Assembly (NCBI GenBank): GCA_051294905.1
Contig: CM119372.1
Coordinates: 26,042,001-26,106,000, forward strand
Reading direction: 5' to 3'
Source of the DNA: Botryllus schlosseri
Taxonomy: Eukaryota
DNA length: 64,000 bases
Of the stretch, positions 25,250-38,605 are shown one piece after another. Under the pieces are notes generated by a model that made no database searches, was not told the DNA's origin, and saw only the letters and a list, made by a program, of their open reading frames with translations. Position numbers and translations under genes: made by a program. Numbering within the stretch: the first letter of the stretch is position 1; every line of letters starts with the position of its first letter.

Positions 25250-27055
25250 CTATACGGTATGAAGCGAGGAGAGAAATTTTCGATCGTATTGGATTTGATT
25301 ATCCATTATCTGTCACATCCAACGCAGCCTTATCTAACCGTTCTGGCATTGTCCGATATATCTAATCAGGAAAGGATTCCTTGTTTATTGCACTAAGTGG
25401 ATGCAGATATTAATCTTGTGAAAATCTGAGTCATCTAATCTGTGACTGGCTGGCTTAACGTTGACATAGAAACATGTTTGATCTCTCACGGTATTATCTC
25501 TTCAAATGTGGAATATTTCTGCTGCTCACTTCAGTACCGAAATGTACAGTCTCTTTGGTTCTCAAATAAGGGTCTGGTCCAGTGAAACTTTTGTATGCTT
25601 CTTCAGATCGGAATACAGTCAGCGGTTTAATATTACCATAGATTCTAGCACATCCCTGTCTCACAGCATAATTCATTTACGCATTCGACAATAATTATTG
25701 AAAGCATCAGTGATCTGTAAATGACATTTTTTACAGTCCAAATGGGCCTTCAAATGATGATTACAATCCTATTGTGCGATGCGTCGTATTATGGTGTAGT
25801 GTATATATTTGGTATATCCGTGAGCGTCGTCATAACTATGCCGGCAAAATGCATTATCGCGAATATCTCCCAATATCGTATACAAAGCATGAACCACAAC
25901 TATTTGATACCATTTCATGTCGCGCTCTCAGGAGGTAATAGTGTTTGTGATAGCTACTATGACTCATTCAAAGACCGTTGCAGGATGTTCATGTGCGGAA
26001 TTGTGGCTTGCGCGCCTTTTTCCATATGATTATGATATAATATGAACACATGTTTCCAGCAACGCAGATGCGACACGGGAATCTTCATGCTCGATACTGA
26101 TTGATAGACGAAGACTTGAAAACTTATGAGCCCTATAAATATCAAGCAATTGCCACAGATTTTTTAAACAATTTTTTCTAAATGCATTAAAAAAAACACA
26201 CTATTTAAAACATGTTTTAGGCAAAGTGCTTTAATGCAGCATTTGTTTTAAATGCAACCCCATAGTTACGATCCAGTCAGTTAATGTCAGTTATGATGTT
26301 TTGAAAAGTATTGAATAATGAATGCCATAATGACATCGTGTTATTCGGAGGTAGTTACCTCCTGTCAAGACATGAATGATCCACCACTGAGGGTAGGGAT
26401 GTATACGTAATATATCAGGATATCAATGACAAATCATTTGCCCCATTTAGCCGCCAACGTCATGTTCTTCGTTCAGTACTATTTACTGGTAATTTAAATA
26501 GCGTAACCAGTAAATAACCTCCTAACCAGGGAAGTATATCGATTATGGTCACAGATTACCAGATAAAACCAATATACTGAACAGTTGAACGACAACCACA
26601 TAAGACCGCGCAGGAATTCCCTGCGTCTACTTCAGGAGTGGGAACCATTTAAGCATTTGAGTATTGCGGGTCACATGAATTACACAAAACAATGTGCGGG
26701 CTGCATGATTTTTTCATTTTCAAATTCCGTATAAAAGAACCTAAACATTTCAGTGATGTTATATCGGCCGGGAAGAACTCTCATATGAGGATCGCTTAAT
26801 GATTCCTTCTATGGCGTATGCTATGACAAGATAGCGTAGTGGTATGATTCACAGCTGCAACACCAATGGGTTATATGTTATATGTTTTCGATCCCTTATC
26901 GAAGATTCTTATTTCTCGCCTCTCTTTGTATATGTCCAGTTGGAATAATTATATTTCATGGATAGCTTTTAAATAACAAAATAAGTAACGAAGTATGAAT
27001 TATGTTTATTGCGATAATACCTTTATGATCGATTTGAAACTAACGTCATGTAGGC

Positions 27056-27848
27056 TAGTAGTTCTCAAACTGTGATACGCGTGCCACCAGTGGTGTCGCG
27101 AGAGCTTTTCAGGTGGTACGTGAGCACATCGGCGATTTTTAATTGTATTAAGTATACAATTTGCTGTCCTTTGCAGAAAACCAATATAAATACACACGAA
27201 GCACAATTACTACAGTTGTGCAGCAATTTCACGATGGTATCGTTGCGCCACACCGTATTCACATTGAAGAGAACAGAGCATCAGGTGATACTGGCTATGT
27301 GCTAACATAGTAATGCAGTAAGGAAGATATTTTTTCCAGCTATCTGGTTAGCATATTAATGCATCAATACATCAAGGTCGATAAATTTCAACTATGTCGA
27401 AACGAAAGTGTAATCTAGAATACAAGTATGGATTCATCGCAACCGAATACGGATGAGAATGTTTGCTGCTGTGTGTCTAGTTAAGTTCAGTTCAATTCAG
27501 TTTATTATGCGTGGTTTGTAAGAAAACTGTTTTAATGCGACCACCTTGCGGCATGCGGTCATTAAATGGCCGAGATCGCCCAATTGAGCCTGGGCAATGG
27601 ACAATGGACATATTGTGCAATGTGCTATGAATAATGTGTTAGGCCTACCCCGCATATACAATCTTGTATACAGGAAACAATTGTATCTAGCAAATTGAAT
27701 CCGCTTTTCATACTATGCATTGGTGTGATGGTGCAGTAACAACGCCGATTATTGGTACATGTGACTAAAATAAGGCATTTTGGGATCTAGGTGGTAGGCG
27801 GTGCAGTAGACGTGGTACGTGACCGGAAAAAAAGCTTGAGAAACACTG
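27056..27848. mobile_element. hAT MITE
   Basis: TAGTAGTTCTCAA / TTGAGAAACACTG; TSD ATGTAGGC/ATGTATGC. Confidence 0.7.
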
Positions 27849-28807
27849 ATGTATGCTACGCGGTAATGATGTTTTACCGCAAAGATAATAAAAAAATCAG
27901 ACAGTAATAGGTCATAAATGCAGCAAATGTTTCAATATTAATTATCAATTTAAACGAGGTAAAATCGAGTTTTAAATCACCACCATAAAGTTTAATTTAT
28001 TTCGGGGAAAAATTCGAGTTGAATATGTGGACCCGGGTCTAACCGTATGGTATTGATTATTCCAACCCACAGGGAAAGCACGAAGCATATGATTATTTCA
28101 CTTTATTTTATATAAATATAGTGAACTCAATATGATGGTCTGAACGAATCACTAGTGTCACTTTTAAAGCCTGTCCCCACGTAGTATGCTGTAACTCGGT
28201 ATATCCTGACCTTAGCAGACATATACTAAACCTGTTTAGGCCTTGCATGCCATACATGGGGTGTAAAAATCACTAAAGTGGGACGAACGTGTTTTGGATC
28301 TTTGCTGAGGCATAGTAAATATTATCTCATAAAGTCTAAACAGGCAATGAGCTCTATGCTACGTCACATTGCTGCATATTTCTGTTGTTAAGATGCATGT
28401 GACATTTCATTATTATAAAATTCAGATTTCGATGTATCTGTCGGACCGACAGGAAAGTTTGCGTGGGCAGCCGCTTGAGAACCACTGCCTTAGATGGTAA
28501 AAATATGAAATTGAGGCGCAGTTAGAATTTGGTTTTGTTCATGCTGTCCGTGCCCATTCCCCATGTATTTTAACGTGCGTGTCGCGGCGCAGCTGTGGAC
28601 CAGGCCCATTCCAATTTCGCACTTACGACAGAGGGATGGCTATTATAACAACGTTATGTCCCTTGTCATGAGAGACATATCTATCTGTTCACACTCACTA
28701 TGCGGCCACATCGCTATCCGTCTTGGTTTGAAACTAGAGTATACACAGCTACGTTCATACTAGAATTGTCAGCTAACACAATTACAATTGAAACCACACA
28801 AGCTAAC

Positions 28808-29143
28808 CTTCGCTTTGAGGCGTGCCCATTGTTTCCTCCGCGGGCTCGTCCACTGGTTTTGCAGCCAATGATGCCGTTGGTTGTGTTGTTGTGGTCGTCG
28901 TTACTGTCGTCTCTATTAATTCAGACGTTTTCGTTGCGAACGGTGGACTGATGCTTAACTGGACAGCACTACAATCTACGCGGTCATTCCCAATATCAGT
29001 AGCTGTTCCGCTGATCTCAACACCGGTTATCCTGTCGACACAGAAGCATTGTCCTCTGGAGAACTCGCACCGCTCTATGTTGTAATTGCCGTCCACATCA
29101 CATAAAGAGGCTATATCGGGTCCTGCTTCGTCTATACATCTAC
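28808..29143 (-). CDS. Internal exon: thyroglobulin type-1 domain + Thr-rich stalk
   Basis: CDVDGNYNIERC...QCFCVDRITGVEISGT...DC is the TY-domain motif; TTTTTT tract; ttacag acceptor and gttagc donor; 336 nt, phase 1-1. Confidence 0.85.
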
Positions 29144-30181
29144 CTGTAACAAGCATAAACATATTTCCCACGCAGTGCTATGTCGAAATGCGCATACAGT
29201 GCCTCGCACTTAGATTAGAAGGATTATCGCGTGCGACGATGTCATTGGTGACATAGTATACCAACATCTTAGGTACGCTATATCGTTAGGTACAGGGCCT
29301 CTAGTTCAGGGGTCGCCTACTCAAAACGGGACTCGCGTCGTTTTTCAAATTTCGTAGAGGCCACGGGTCGCAAGATTGCGACATCGAGACAGAATAAACA
29401 GCAACAACCACGGACTTCCGACTTCCGATACCTAAGTGTTGGAGGTTTACCTAGGCTCCTCCTCGCCACCTCATCCGCGTCAGCGGTGTCTTACAAAAGC
29501 CTAGAGGTGGGCCGTGCTATAAGTCGGCAGTTACGGAAAATGAGAAGAATATCGGCCTGGTGAATATGACCATAGTAGTCGACAAACACCATGAATACCC
29601 AATAACAAACAAACAACCACGGTTTTAAAACTTTACCTCGGTACAGTGCTGTGTTCTCTCTCCCTATCATGGGCTAGGGCCCTACGGGCATAGTTCCCAT
29701 AGTTACCTTATTTTTTAGGCGTCTCGGTTTTGGCAGTGTCTGGGCTATTTCACGTCAACGCATTTTGCCCATTCATAACATTAAACTAAATGCTGTTGCC
29801 ATCGGCAAAGCCGTTTCAGCAAGTGAGGACTAATGGTATCGGGCACAGAAGAATAGCTTATTTTGAAACAACAAAAATATTTCGAAGCTAAAATAAATTT
29901 CATCATTTGGTGATTCAGCATTGACTTCAGGTCAACAAACTTTTCTTTTTCACAAGAGGGTACCGAGTCCCAATGTACAATTAATTTTAACATAAAAGTT
30001 AGATAACCGGGAATGGAGTTAGTCTACCAAGTATATATCATTGACTTTGTCTCTTGAAAGTTTCCCGTACTACGATATCCGCTGTTTGTGGAATAATGCT
30101 TGATCGTGATCGTGGGTACGTAAGGTTATTATAGTACTGTAGGCCAGGGCTCTCCAACCGGGTGTATCGTACACCCTAGGG

Positions 30182-30994
30182 CAGGGGTGGCCAACTTGCG
30201 GCCGTGGAAGGGAATTTGTGCGGCCGTGAACACGTAATTCAATTCGCATGTGTTGGCGACCGTCGACATGAAAATTAAATTAACGAATTGACTCCAGAAT
30301 ATTTGAGAGATTTTAAATAACATTGCAATTTTTTTCGCCCGCTGCGCGCGATTCAAAGTGACTTCATTTTCGATTTCAATGTAGTAGCGCCCTTTCTAAT
30401 CTCAGCCCCACAGTACAGATGTGAACAGCAGAGGAAATTGATACGCCTCATATAGAAATGCCAACTTGGAATCGTGTGGTACTCATGGAAGAAATTTGTT
30501 TCTGGTGCGTTTGGGCGATTCCAATATCGTTCCACTATATACTGACAATCTTGATGGGTGGTCAAGAAATAACAACATGCAACAAAGTGACTAACAACAA
30601 TTGGCCCACCGGAACATCCATCATAATTTATAACGTGCCCTACATTTTTGAAAACACCCCCTCCATCAACTCGGTGAGCTGATCACATGGGCTGAGGAAC
30701 GATAAATGCTTGCTAGGAATATGTGGAACTAGTATTACTTCTGACGAAATACATTGGTCAATCAGAAAAATTTTCGCGCTTCGCGTGACCATAACGAGTC
30801 CCATACATACTATTCAAATCATGACCACTGGCAATTTCGGTGCGTATAGTAAGCCGATCTGAATAAGTAAATTAGTCCGGAGCTCACCCGAAATAGCAAT
30901 GGACAGTTTAACATGGGTATATTTGGCGCCCAGTTAGTTCATTACGACTATGCCGTGGATGCGGCCGTGAATAGCAAAAGGTTGGCCACCCCTT
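30182..30994. mobile_element. hAT MITE nested in 30145-32839
   Basis: CAGGGGTGGCCAAC / GTTGGCCACCCCTT; TSD CCCTAGGG. Confidence 0.85.
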
Positions 30995-31538
30995 CCCTAG
31001 GGTGTACCAAAATGAAGTGTATTGGGGTGTACCAGATCCGTATTAAATTGGAGCAAATATTAGCTGTTACAATAAATAGGCAAGTTTATGCTGCAAAACA
31101 TGTTGACCAGATGTGTAGTGTGTAGTTTAGTGTACATAAGTGATGTGTAGTGTAGATAAGTGCAGGGGTGTAGCCACTAGCCAGGGATCTCAGGGGTTGG
31201 ATTTGAGAATCACTGTGATATAGATGGTGGTCCGGTAACCTCGAACCCAGATTAGTATTTAGCATTTCAAATAAGTTACGGCCTTGATCATCCTTATTTT
31301 AACAGTCCCGAGGTGGCCAACCTGCAGATGTACGCTCGCATGCAGCGGTAAAACCATAATTATGCAGCTCTCTACACATGCAATTAATTCAGCGTGTGTT
31401 GGCGGCCGTCAACATGCGATTTGAAGTATCGGTAACGAATTGGTTTTAAAATCTTTGAATGATTTTAATTAAACTAGAATATTTTATTCACGCATGTCGC
31501 GATTAAGGGTGACTTGGATCTTTCATTTTTAATATAAT

Positions 31539-32038
31539 TACGTGGGAAGAACGTCAAAGCGTCTGCAGGAACGCATAAACCAGCATAACCCCAGATTTAT
31601 CAGAACACGTGTATCACGCTCGGTGAAAAGCTCACCCTTAACTCATTCGCTTAAACTTGATGCTGACCGATCAAAGGCCATTAATTCTGCCATCGGCAAA
31701 CATCTGCTAGATAATCCGATTTGTGCGACTAATTATCGAGACGACATATTTCGCGTCGTTGGGAGGGGCCGTTCACACTTACATTTGTGTGCCTTGGAGT
31801 CGACATTTATCAAATTACACAAACCCAAACTCTGTCGACAAAAGGAGTTCGTGTACCACTTAAAGATAGTACATTGAACGCTCTCTCATTCGAGATTTCA
31901 TGCTGGTGACGTCATATTTTGTGATAAGATTGTTGATATACAATGTTCTTTCCAATTCTCTACTAGTTGCTGACGATTACCCCTGACGAGTGTCAGCCGA
32001 AATATTCGGGTTCATTTCAATATGAATATACTATTCAA
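31539..32038 (+). mobile_element. 5'-truncated Penelope-like retroelement (GIY-YIG endonuclease fragment + 3' region)
   Basis: YVGRTSKRLQERINQH...SAIGKHLLDNPIC...LESTFIKLHKPKLCRQKE (31539-31877); 11-bp TSD TTTAATATAAT at 31528-31538 and 32039-32049. Confidence 0.85.
31969..32011 (+). ncRNA. Minimal hammerhead ribozyme (stem III one A shorter)
   Basis: Same as 16530-16573 except GAAA-TAT-TC. Confidence 0.65.
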
Positions 32039-32971
32039 TTTAATATAATAGTGTAATCTGAGCCCAGGGTGCGAATGGAAACCGCAGAGAAAAATGATGC
32101 ACCTCATAAAGAAATCCCAAGTCTCAATCGTGTGCGTCTCACGAATTAAGTTTTTTCTGGTACGTTTGAGCGATTCCATTACATATTTCTACTATGCCCA
32201 CAATCCTGATGGGAGGTAAAAAATGACATGCAAGAAAGTGATTAAAAAATAGGAAGATGCATCATCATTAATTTTGTGACCAAAATATTCGAATACACCC
32301 CTTCATAAGCTCTGCATGTTAATCTGGTAGCGTGGACTACGAATGGATAAATATTTAACAGTAAGATACGAAACAACCAATATTATCGACTACATTAATT
32401 TTCCGGGCGGAAACTTTTTCGCGCTCTGCGTGACTATAGAATAGGAATCCACATGACTTTTCCTAGCATAGATATTCACGGTTTTAGTGAATATATAGTA
32501 AGCCTGCATGAGTACTCTGCTGTTACAGTTAAAATAAACTTTATACGCAATGTATTAGTGATGGTACAGAACATCACATGGGCCCCCCGCCGTGCTAAAT
32601 TCCGAGTAGCCAATTTAACACGAGTATAATATGATGTCCAGATGTGCCATGACGACTCCAAGCCGGAATGCGGTCGCATTCTATATATGTAATCGAATTA
32701 CGGCCGTGAGTAGCAAAAATGTCAAACACCACTGGATCAAGTTTGGTATACGAAATCAGTGTCTTATGTGGTCAGCGGTGCACGAGTTTCGAGTAAACGG
32801 TAAAAGGGTATACCAAGACGAAAAATGTTGAAGAGCACTGCTGTAGGCCACTCAAATTTAACTTTCGGATGTTGTCATCCACGCCACGCAATTCACATGT
32901 AATGATGCAACCATAACAGATAGTTTGTGACCGGATTGTATCCCCACGAAGTGATCACTGCATTTACTTAC

Positions 32972-32995
32972 TCAGGCAGGTAGATACAGTGGCAC
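32972..32995 (-). CDS. 24-nt micro-exon of the TY-domain gene (C-ATVSTCL-S)
   Basis: ttgcag acceptor, gtaagt donor, phase 1-1; keeps frame between the flanking exons. Confidence 0.65.
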   Translation of the reverse strand: MPLYLPA

Positions 32996-33066
32996 CTGCA
33001 AGTCCACAGAAAGACGTACCATAAACTTTTCACATCACATTTCCCGACTTTCGGAAATATACTTAC

Positions 33067-33130
33067 ATTCTGATAGCGTAATTCCCCGTAGCCACAGTAC
33101 AATAAGTGGATAGATATACCTCTTCTGCAT
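33067..33130 (-). CDS. First coding exon of the TY-domain gene: signal peptide MQKRYIYPLIVLWLRGITLSE
   Basis: ATG, basic then hydrophobic N-terminus, gtaagt donor at phase 1; upstream ttttacag acceptor at 33195. Confidence 0.65.
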
Positions 33131-33603
33131 GATCAGAGTAGGTAGGTAATAAATAACTACGCCGAGATGACAGCTCGACTTTTAAAACAAAGATCTGTAA
33201 AACATGCAACGATCACTCCAGTGTAGGAATGTTTCTCAAGAATAGAATAATGAAATGTGCAAATCAGTAAAGTAACAATCACCCGCGATCCAGTTTGAAA
33301 ATGTTTTATAGCGCGCGCTCAATAAGATTCCGAAAATATAACAGATAAGCGTCAAAAAAATAGCAAATCATCCTAGCAACGATAACTTTGCTCCTAATCG
33401 TGTGCTGGTTAATACTCATTTCACTTGCAACCATCAACGGAGATAGCTATAGAAGTGATTCGTAATTCGCGATAGCTATCACAATCTATATCGGATTGGG
33501 GGCGTATACGAATGGGTACGAGTTCGACTAACACCACAGTGCTTTAATCCGCCTTTTCTGCATGGCCATGAAATGAAACGAGCAATTGATTTTCCGGTTA
33601 AAC

Positions 33604-34799
33604 CAGTGGTTCCCAACCTTTTTGAAATAATCGCCCCGTTATCAAGATCGACACAAATTTTCGCCTCCCAATATTTACGGATTCAAGAAAAAGGACATAT
33701 ATACGGTAATTGATTAAAACTAGGTCATTATTCCGAACAGGTGCTCTTGAAACCGCGTCCATTTTCCGTTTAGTTATGACTGGGGCGATTTTTTTATACC
33801 TAAAAAGGGGAAGACTTTGACCTAAAAATCCCAATTTTGAGATTTTTTACTCTAAAAACTTGATTTTTACCAAATTCTGACCTCATGTATGTAAATTAGG
33901 TGTTTTCCCACATAATGTTAGAATTGTACTACTTATCTTCATTTATGGTTGGAACTGTCTGTCCTTATTAGGTAGTTCGGCCTGAAAAAAAAATATTTGA
34001 ATTAGAAACTGATAAATTCTTACTGAAAAATATTTGTTTTACCGAAATCTGGACCTGTGAAGAATTCCAGTAGTTACATCACGCATTATGGTGGAAATAG
34101 TTATAATTTGTTGTAGTACAACAACGAAAGACGCTTTCCTACATTCTTAAGTAGAAAATGTATGTCCCGACTAAGTAGCTTGCCAAGAATGGAGAAAGAA
34201 CGTTGAACATTCGCAGTTGTTGGCTGGCAACATTGAATTTGTGCGTACACTGCTGGTGACACACCGTGTTGCTTCCTGACAATGTTGTCTATGCATCACA
34301 ATTTTTCATCATGCACTTCTTGATATAAGAACCAGTGCCGCGCAGTTTTACATCAGTTAGTATATTGCGGTACGTAGAGCATAACATCATGTCAACCTAT
34401 TTGTTTCATTTGGCCGTTCATGATTCACAATGAGCAGATAATGGACCGTCTAAAACGGTAGGCCGATAAAGTAGGCTAAAAGCTGTGAAATGTTGTATGA
34501 AAAGCTCATCGACAGTGCAAACATTTACGATACAAATGAAATGAAGGTGGCAAAAAAAAAGGATTTTGTAAACAATTTCGACAATTTTTTGACTTAACGC
34601 TACAATTTTGACATGTCAAAAGCAATCGCCATAGTTATGACTTTTTTAGTCAACTTACGTGTCATATACAGGTGTCGGGCCGTGTTAATTAAATATATCT
34701 CACAGAACGTTCTAACATTTTCGTCCCCATCACCCCTAGTCGCCCATTTGGCATTGTCACCCCCTTGGTTCTCAAAATCGCCCACGTTGGGAACCACTG
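33604..34799. mobile_element. hAT MITE
   Basis: CAGTGGTTCCCAAC / GTTGGGAACCACTG; TSD GGTTAAAC/GGTTTAAC. Confidence 0.8.
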
Positions 34800-36334
34800 G
34801 GTTTAACGAAAAAGCCCTTTTTCATTATCCGCTTAATTCGACCAATGGTGTGCGGGGCCAAAGCGTCCGTACTAAGCACTGTTTTTCCTGTATATATGCG
34901 CATTCAAATACAACTAGCTAGGACTATAATTTCCCGACGCGCAATTCGCCGTCGAAAGACCACTGTTGAGATTAGTGCTTTGTCGGCTTCTTGTAAGCCA
35001 GAGCAGATCCTGGGTTTGGATTGTTATATACATAATACTTGAACACAAATCCTGTCTACAACTGCAGTGGTGGAGATTATCCCGGAGGGCGAATACATGA
35101 GATTGTCGCTGTTGCGTGATGTCAGAGCGGAAACGATGCAAACATTTTCTGATAAATTTATATATCATGCCGGATGAACATTTTTCAGTGACGTGGCTGG
35201 CCTGACTCAATATATCCGATGACACAGGTATATGGGGGCTTCTTATTAAGATCGATTTCTAATTAATTTCAAATAAAATCGACAGAATGAGGGATAGTTC
35301 AATAAGCCGCTGTAACCATACACCATACACCGCTTATCTGGCAAAAAATATGCCAAGCAAGAATCATCATGTACAATGTATGTTGTACATCTCTATAGTC
35401 TGCATATGCGATAGTTTCCGTATGGAACCGCACAGTATAACCGATATATTCAATGCAATTTCAATATTGGCATATACAACTCCTCCACGCGCCTCATATG
35501 TCCAATTGTCCACAATTTTCTTGTGTTCTTTTATTCCTTAACGGCATAGACAAAATTGGTCAAATTCGGACTGTTGAGACGCATTCTTGTAATTCACACA
35601 ATAGGCCTATCTATGCATCCATGGAAAGCCATTTACGAAATCAGTCATACAAAGGTCCTTTATTTGTGAACGGACCGGAACTGCAACTTGAGTTGATCAA
35701 CGCGCTCTTTATTGCGTGCTTTCAATCGGAAAGCAGTCCTGTTGTAGAGGTGTTACTGATAAATATCCATCACAGGCATCTGCCCTAGACACATATGCTA
35801 ATGATGACCGATCCGGTTGTGCTAATATTTGTACAACTGCCTTCACTTGCTACTGCCCACCTCGAATAGTCCCAATCGCAGCTGCAAAACTGCCCTCGCG
35901 ATGCATGAATTACAATGCCTTCCTCAACATAAACGCCTTGAGCTAAACATTTCATTAGCGCAGCAGCAATGATTAAAGTCGTAATTCTGAACCTTGTAGG
36001 ATTCGCCCACGCCCAACTACACGTCTTCCGCGGGAAGTGATAGAGTGAGCGGGGAATGTAAACGTAGATGTACGAGCCGCACAAACTATAGCCTCCGGCG
36101 ATTTTTACGCACACCGTTGCTAAGGAATTACGCGTCATATTAAAGTGAACATACGTCATGTTTGCAGAATCGCAACACTCAGTCCTCACGAAATACGATT
36201 TTCAGGTTGGTTACATTTGAGCTGATTTCATACTAATATCGGTACAGAGGGAATCTCCGGCCGCTATAGGCTTGTAGTTCCACGTCAAAATTTCATCTAT
36301 AACGCGCTGTTTGGTCATTATTGCAGCAAACAAT

Positions 36335-36724
36335 ACATTCATATTGCCAAATTTATTCCACTCGAAGCTTTGCGACTGGCTCTCTTCAGGAGCGGACGCC
36401 AGTAAATGAGGTTAACCAAGTTGTTCGAAATATAGAAATAATTTTGTCGTTGTGACGTAATAATGGCAAGTACACAGAGTCTCGAACGGCAGTAAACAAC
36501 GCACGGTTACGTTACAACACACACATAAATAATCAGCTGTAAAACAGCCGAATGACGAAACAACACTAATGGAAGATTCCCAGCGTGTATTCCTTTTGGC
36601 GACAGAGAATCGGCTTTTGCAGCTTTATAATGGTTGATTCAAGGACCTTTAAATGAAAAAGAGAACGACCACGAGCAATTATGGAAAACTGATTGTTATT
36701 GCAAAGCTTTGCATACTCTGGGTG
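36335..36724 (-). mobile_element. 3' fragment of a second Penelope-like family
   Basis: 36724-36566 translates to HPEYAKLCNNNQFSIIARGRSLFHLKVLESTIIKLQKPILCRQKEYTLGIFH*, homologous to the C-terminus at 31539-31877 (too short for the ORF track); followed by a hammerhead and AATAAA. Confidence 0.8.
36358..36403 (-). ncRNA. Minimal type I hammerhead ribozyme, GCAA core variant
   Basis: Minus strand: ACTGGC-gt-CCGCTC-CTGAAGA-G-aGCCAGT-C-GCAA-AGCT-TC-GAGTGG. Confidence 0.7.
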
Positions 36725-38605
36725 CACTCTGGGCAGAACTACATGATGTTACTTATTCTTAATCACGCATGGTAACGCATGGTCATTGCACTCATTACGA
36801 CTGTCATATATTCCTTACTAAAAGCACCACAAATTGGTAGTACTATAAAACGTAGATTTTATCGCTCCAGCGGTATGGCACAATGTCACTGTCAGACTAT
36901 AAATCACGCATGCGTGAGTAATTATGCCACTGGTAAAGCCCCGTAAGCCAAAACATTGCCTTGTTCACATCATACTTCCGATTCTATGAACAAACTCGAT
37001 CGACAATGATACGAGATAGGGTTGCATTTAAAATAAATAGTATTTTAAAGCAGCACTATTCGACCTTTTTCGGAATGGTACGCCCTTTTAACGTTTACGC
37101 AAATCCTGTGCACCCCAGTTCACCAGATACACCGAATCCTTACTAATCCTAATCGGATTCAAGATTAATAAGGCTGGTATAGGAAATGCTAATGCTAAAT
37201 ACCTATCATCGACCAAAATCCCGGACCACGATCTAACACAATGGTTCGCAATCGGGGGACAACTATGCATTTTCAGGGGTGCCGCGAGAGAGAGAGATCA
37301 GATTTATTTTCGCCTGGACCGTCGAAATACTTTGGCAATGGAGATACGATACAACCTTTAAGCAGAGGTGGTCAGTAACGAAGTACTTCTACTTTTTCGA
37401 AGTACTCAAGTAGTTTTCCTCTATTTCTGGTACTTACTCAAGTAGATCTTTTTTCGCTACTTCTACTTCGTAATGTTTTGTGAACTACTTACTTACTTTT
37501 CGCTATTTTCAGTTTGTCAAGTAGAAGTAGTTTAATCCCCCTATAAGAAATATAGCCGAAGGAATTTTTCGGCTGTTTTCACGTAGTACCAACATTTAAT
37601 TTCCATAAAAGTTATCTAATACCCAGAATTTTCGTTGCGCTTTGCGCACAGTAGAGATGGAGTAGGAACTATGTTTAACCAAAGATATCGCTGAATATAA
37701 TTTAGATACCGTGTTGCGTGGTTCCGTTCACACCGCATTGCCACCTATACCAAATATTTCATCACAGTAAGTATGGCTCCCATAACGTTCGAAACTACCG
37801 TTTCGCAATCTAGCGAATACCTATTATACCTAGCAGCCCATGACGTGTCCTAATCTGGAAACGTGGACTTTGACTTTTTTTAAAAAACTTTAGACCTGTT
37901 TTAGCAGACCACCGTTCAAACTTTCTGAACAAAAGACATGAAATATATTTTCTGCTTTTTAGAAGTAGTATTTGCATTTTTCTTTCAATTACGAGTATTA
38001 TACGTGGAGTTCTAATTATAGTTTTAGTTTTTTTGTCTGTAGAACATGCATGTTGAAGTATAAGAGCAAGTGTAGTAATGCCTTTATGTTTTTCGAAAAT
38101 AAAGCAATACACTATATGACATTTTTACGGTCTGCCATCTTTTAATTAACGTATACTAATCGTGCACAGTGTTAAAGCCTTATTCGACACAACTTCTCCG
38201 TATTGCTCTTCGACTGAACTAGGGGCCTCACAATATGGGGGAGGGCGCCATGCCATGATATTCTCTAGATGGGGTGTTCGAGTAAACAAAGGATTAGTAT
38301 CGCATTTCGATATCAATACTATCATTTACATCCCATGATGAGGACGACTGCTTATTCTGTCAAAAATTGACACCTCTTGGGATGCATCAATATGAATCGA
38401 GCTCTCTGCACCTTCCACATAGCTCCATTTGCAGCTTTTGACAGTTCATGCGAACGATTTACTTGAGTAGATTTAAAGTCAGTCAATTCTACTTCTACTT
38501 CAAGTAGTTTTAGAATTCTTATGCAAGAAGTACTTCTACTCGTACTTGAATAGATTTTTTTCGTCGCTACTTCTACTTCTACTTGAGCAGCTTTCTTGAC
38601 TACTT

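Larger units (their letters stand above)
30145..32839. mobile_element. hAT MITE with nested insertions (in an intron of the TY-domain gene)
   Basis: CAGGGCTCTCCAAC / GTTGAAGAGCACTG; TSD CTGTAGGC on both sides. Confidence 0.8.
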
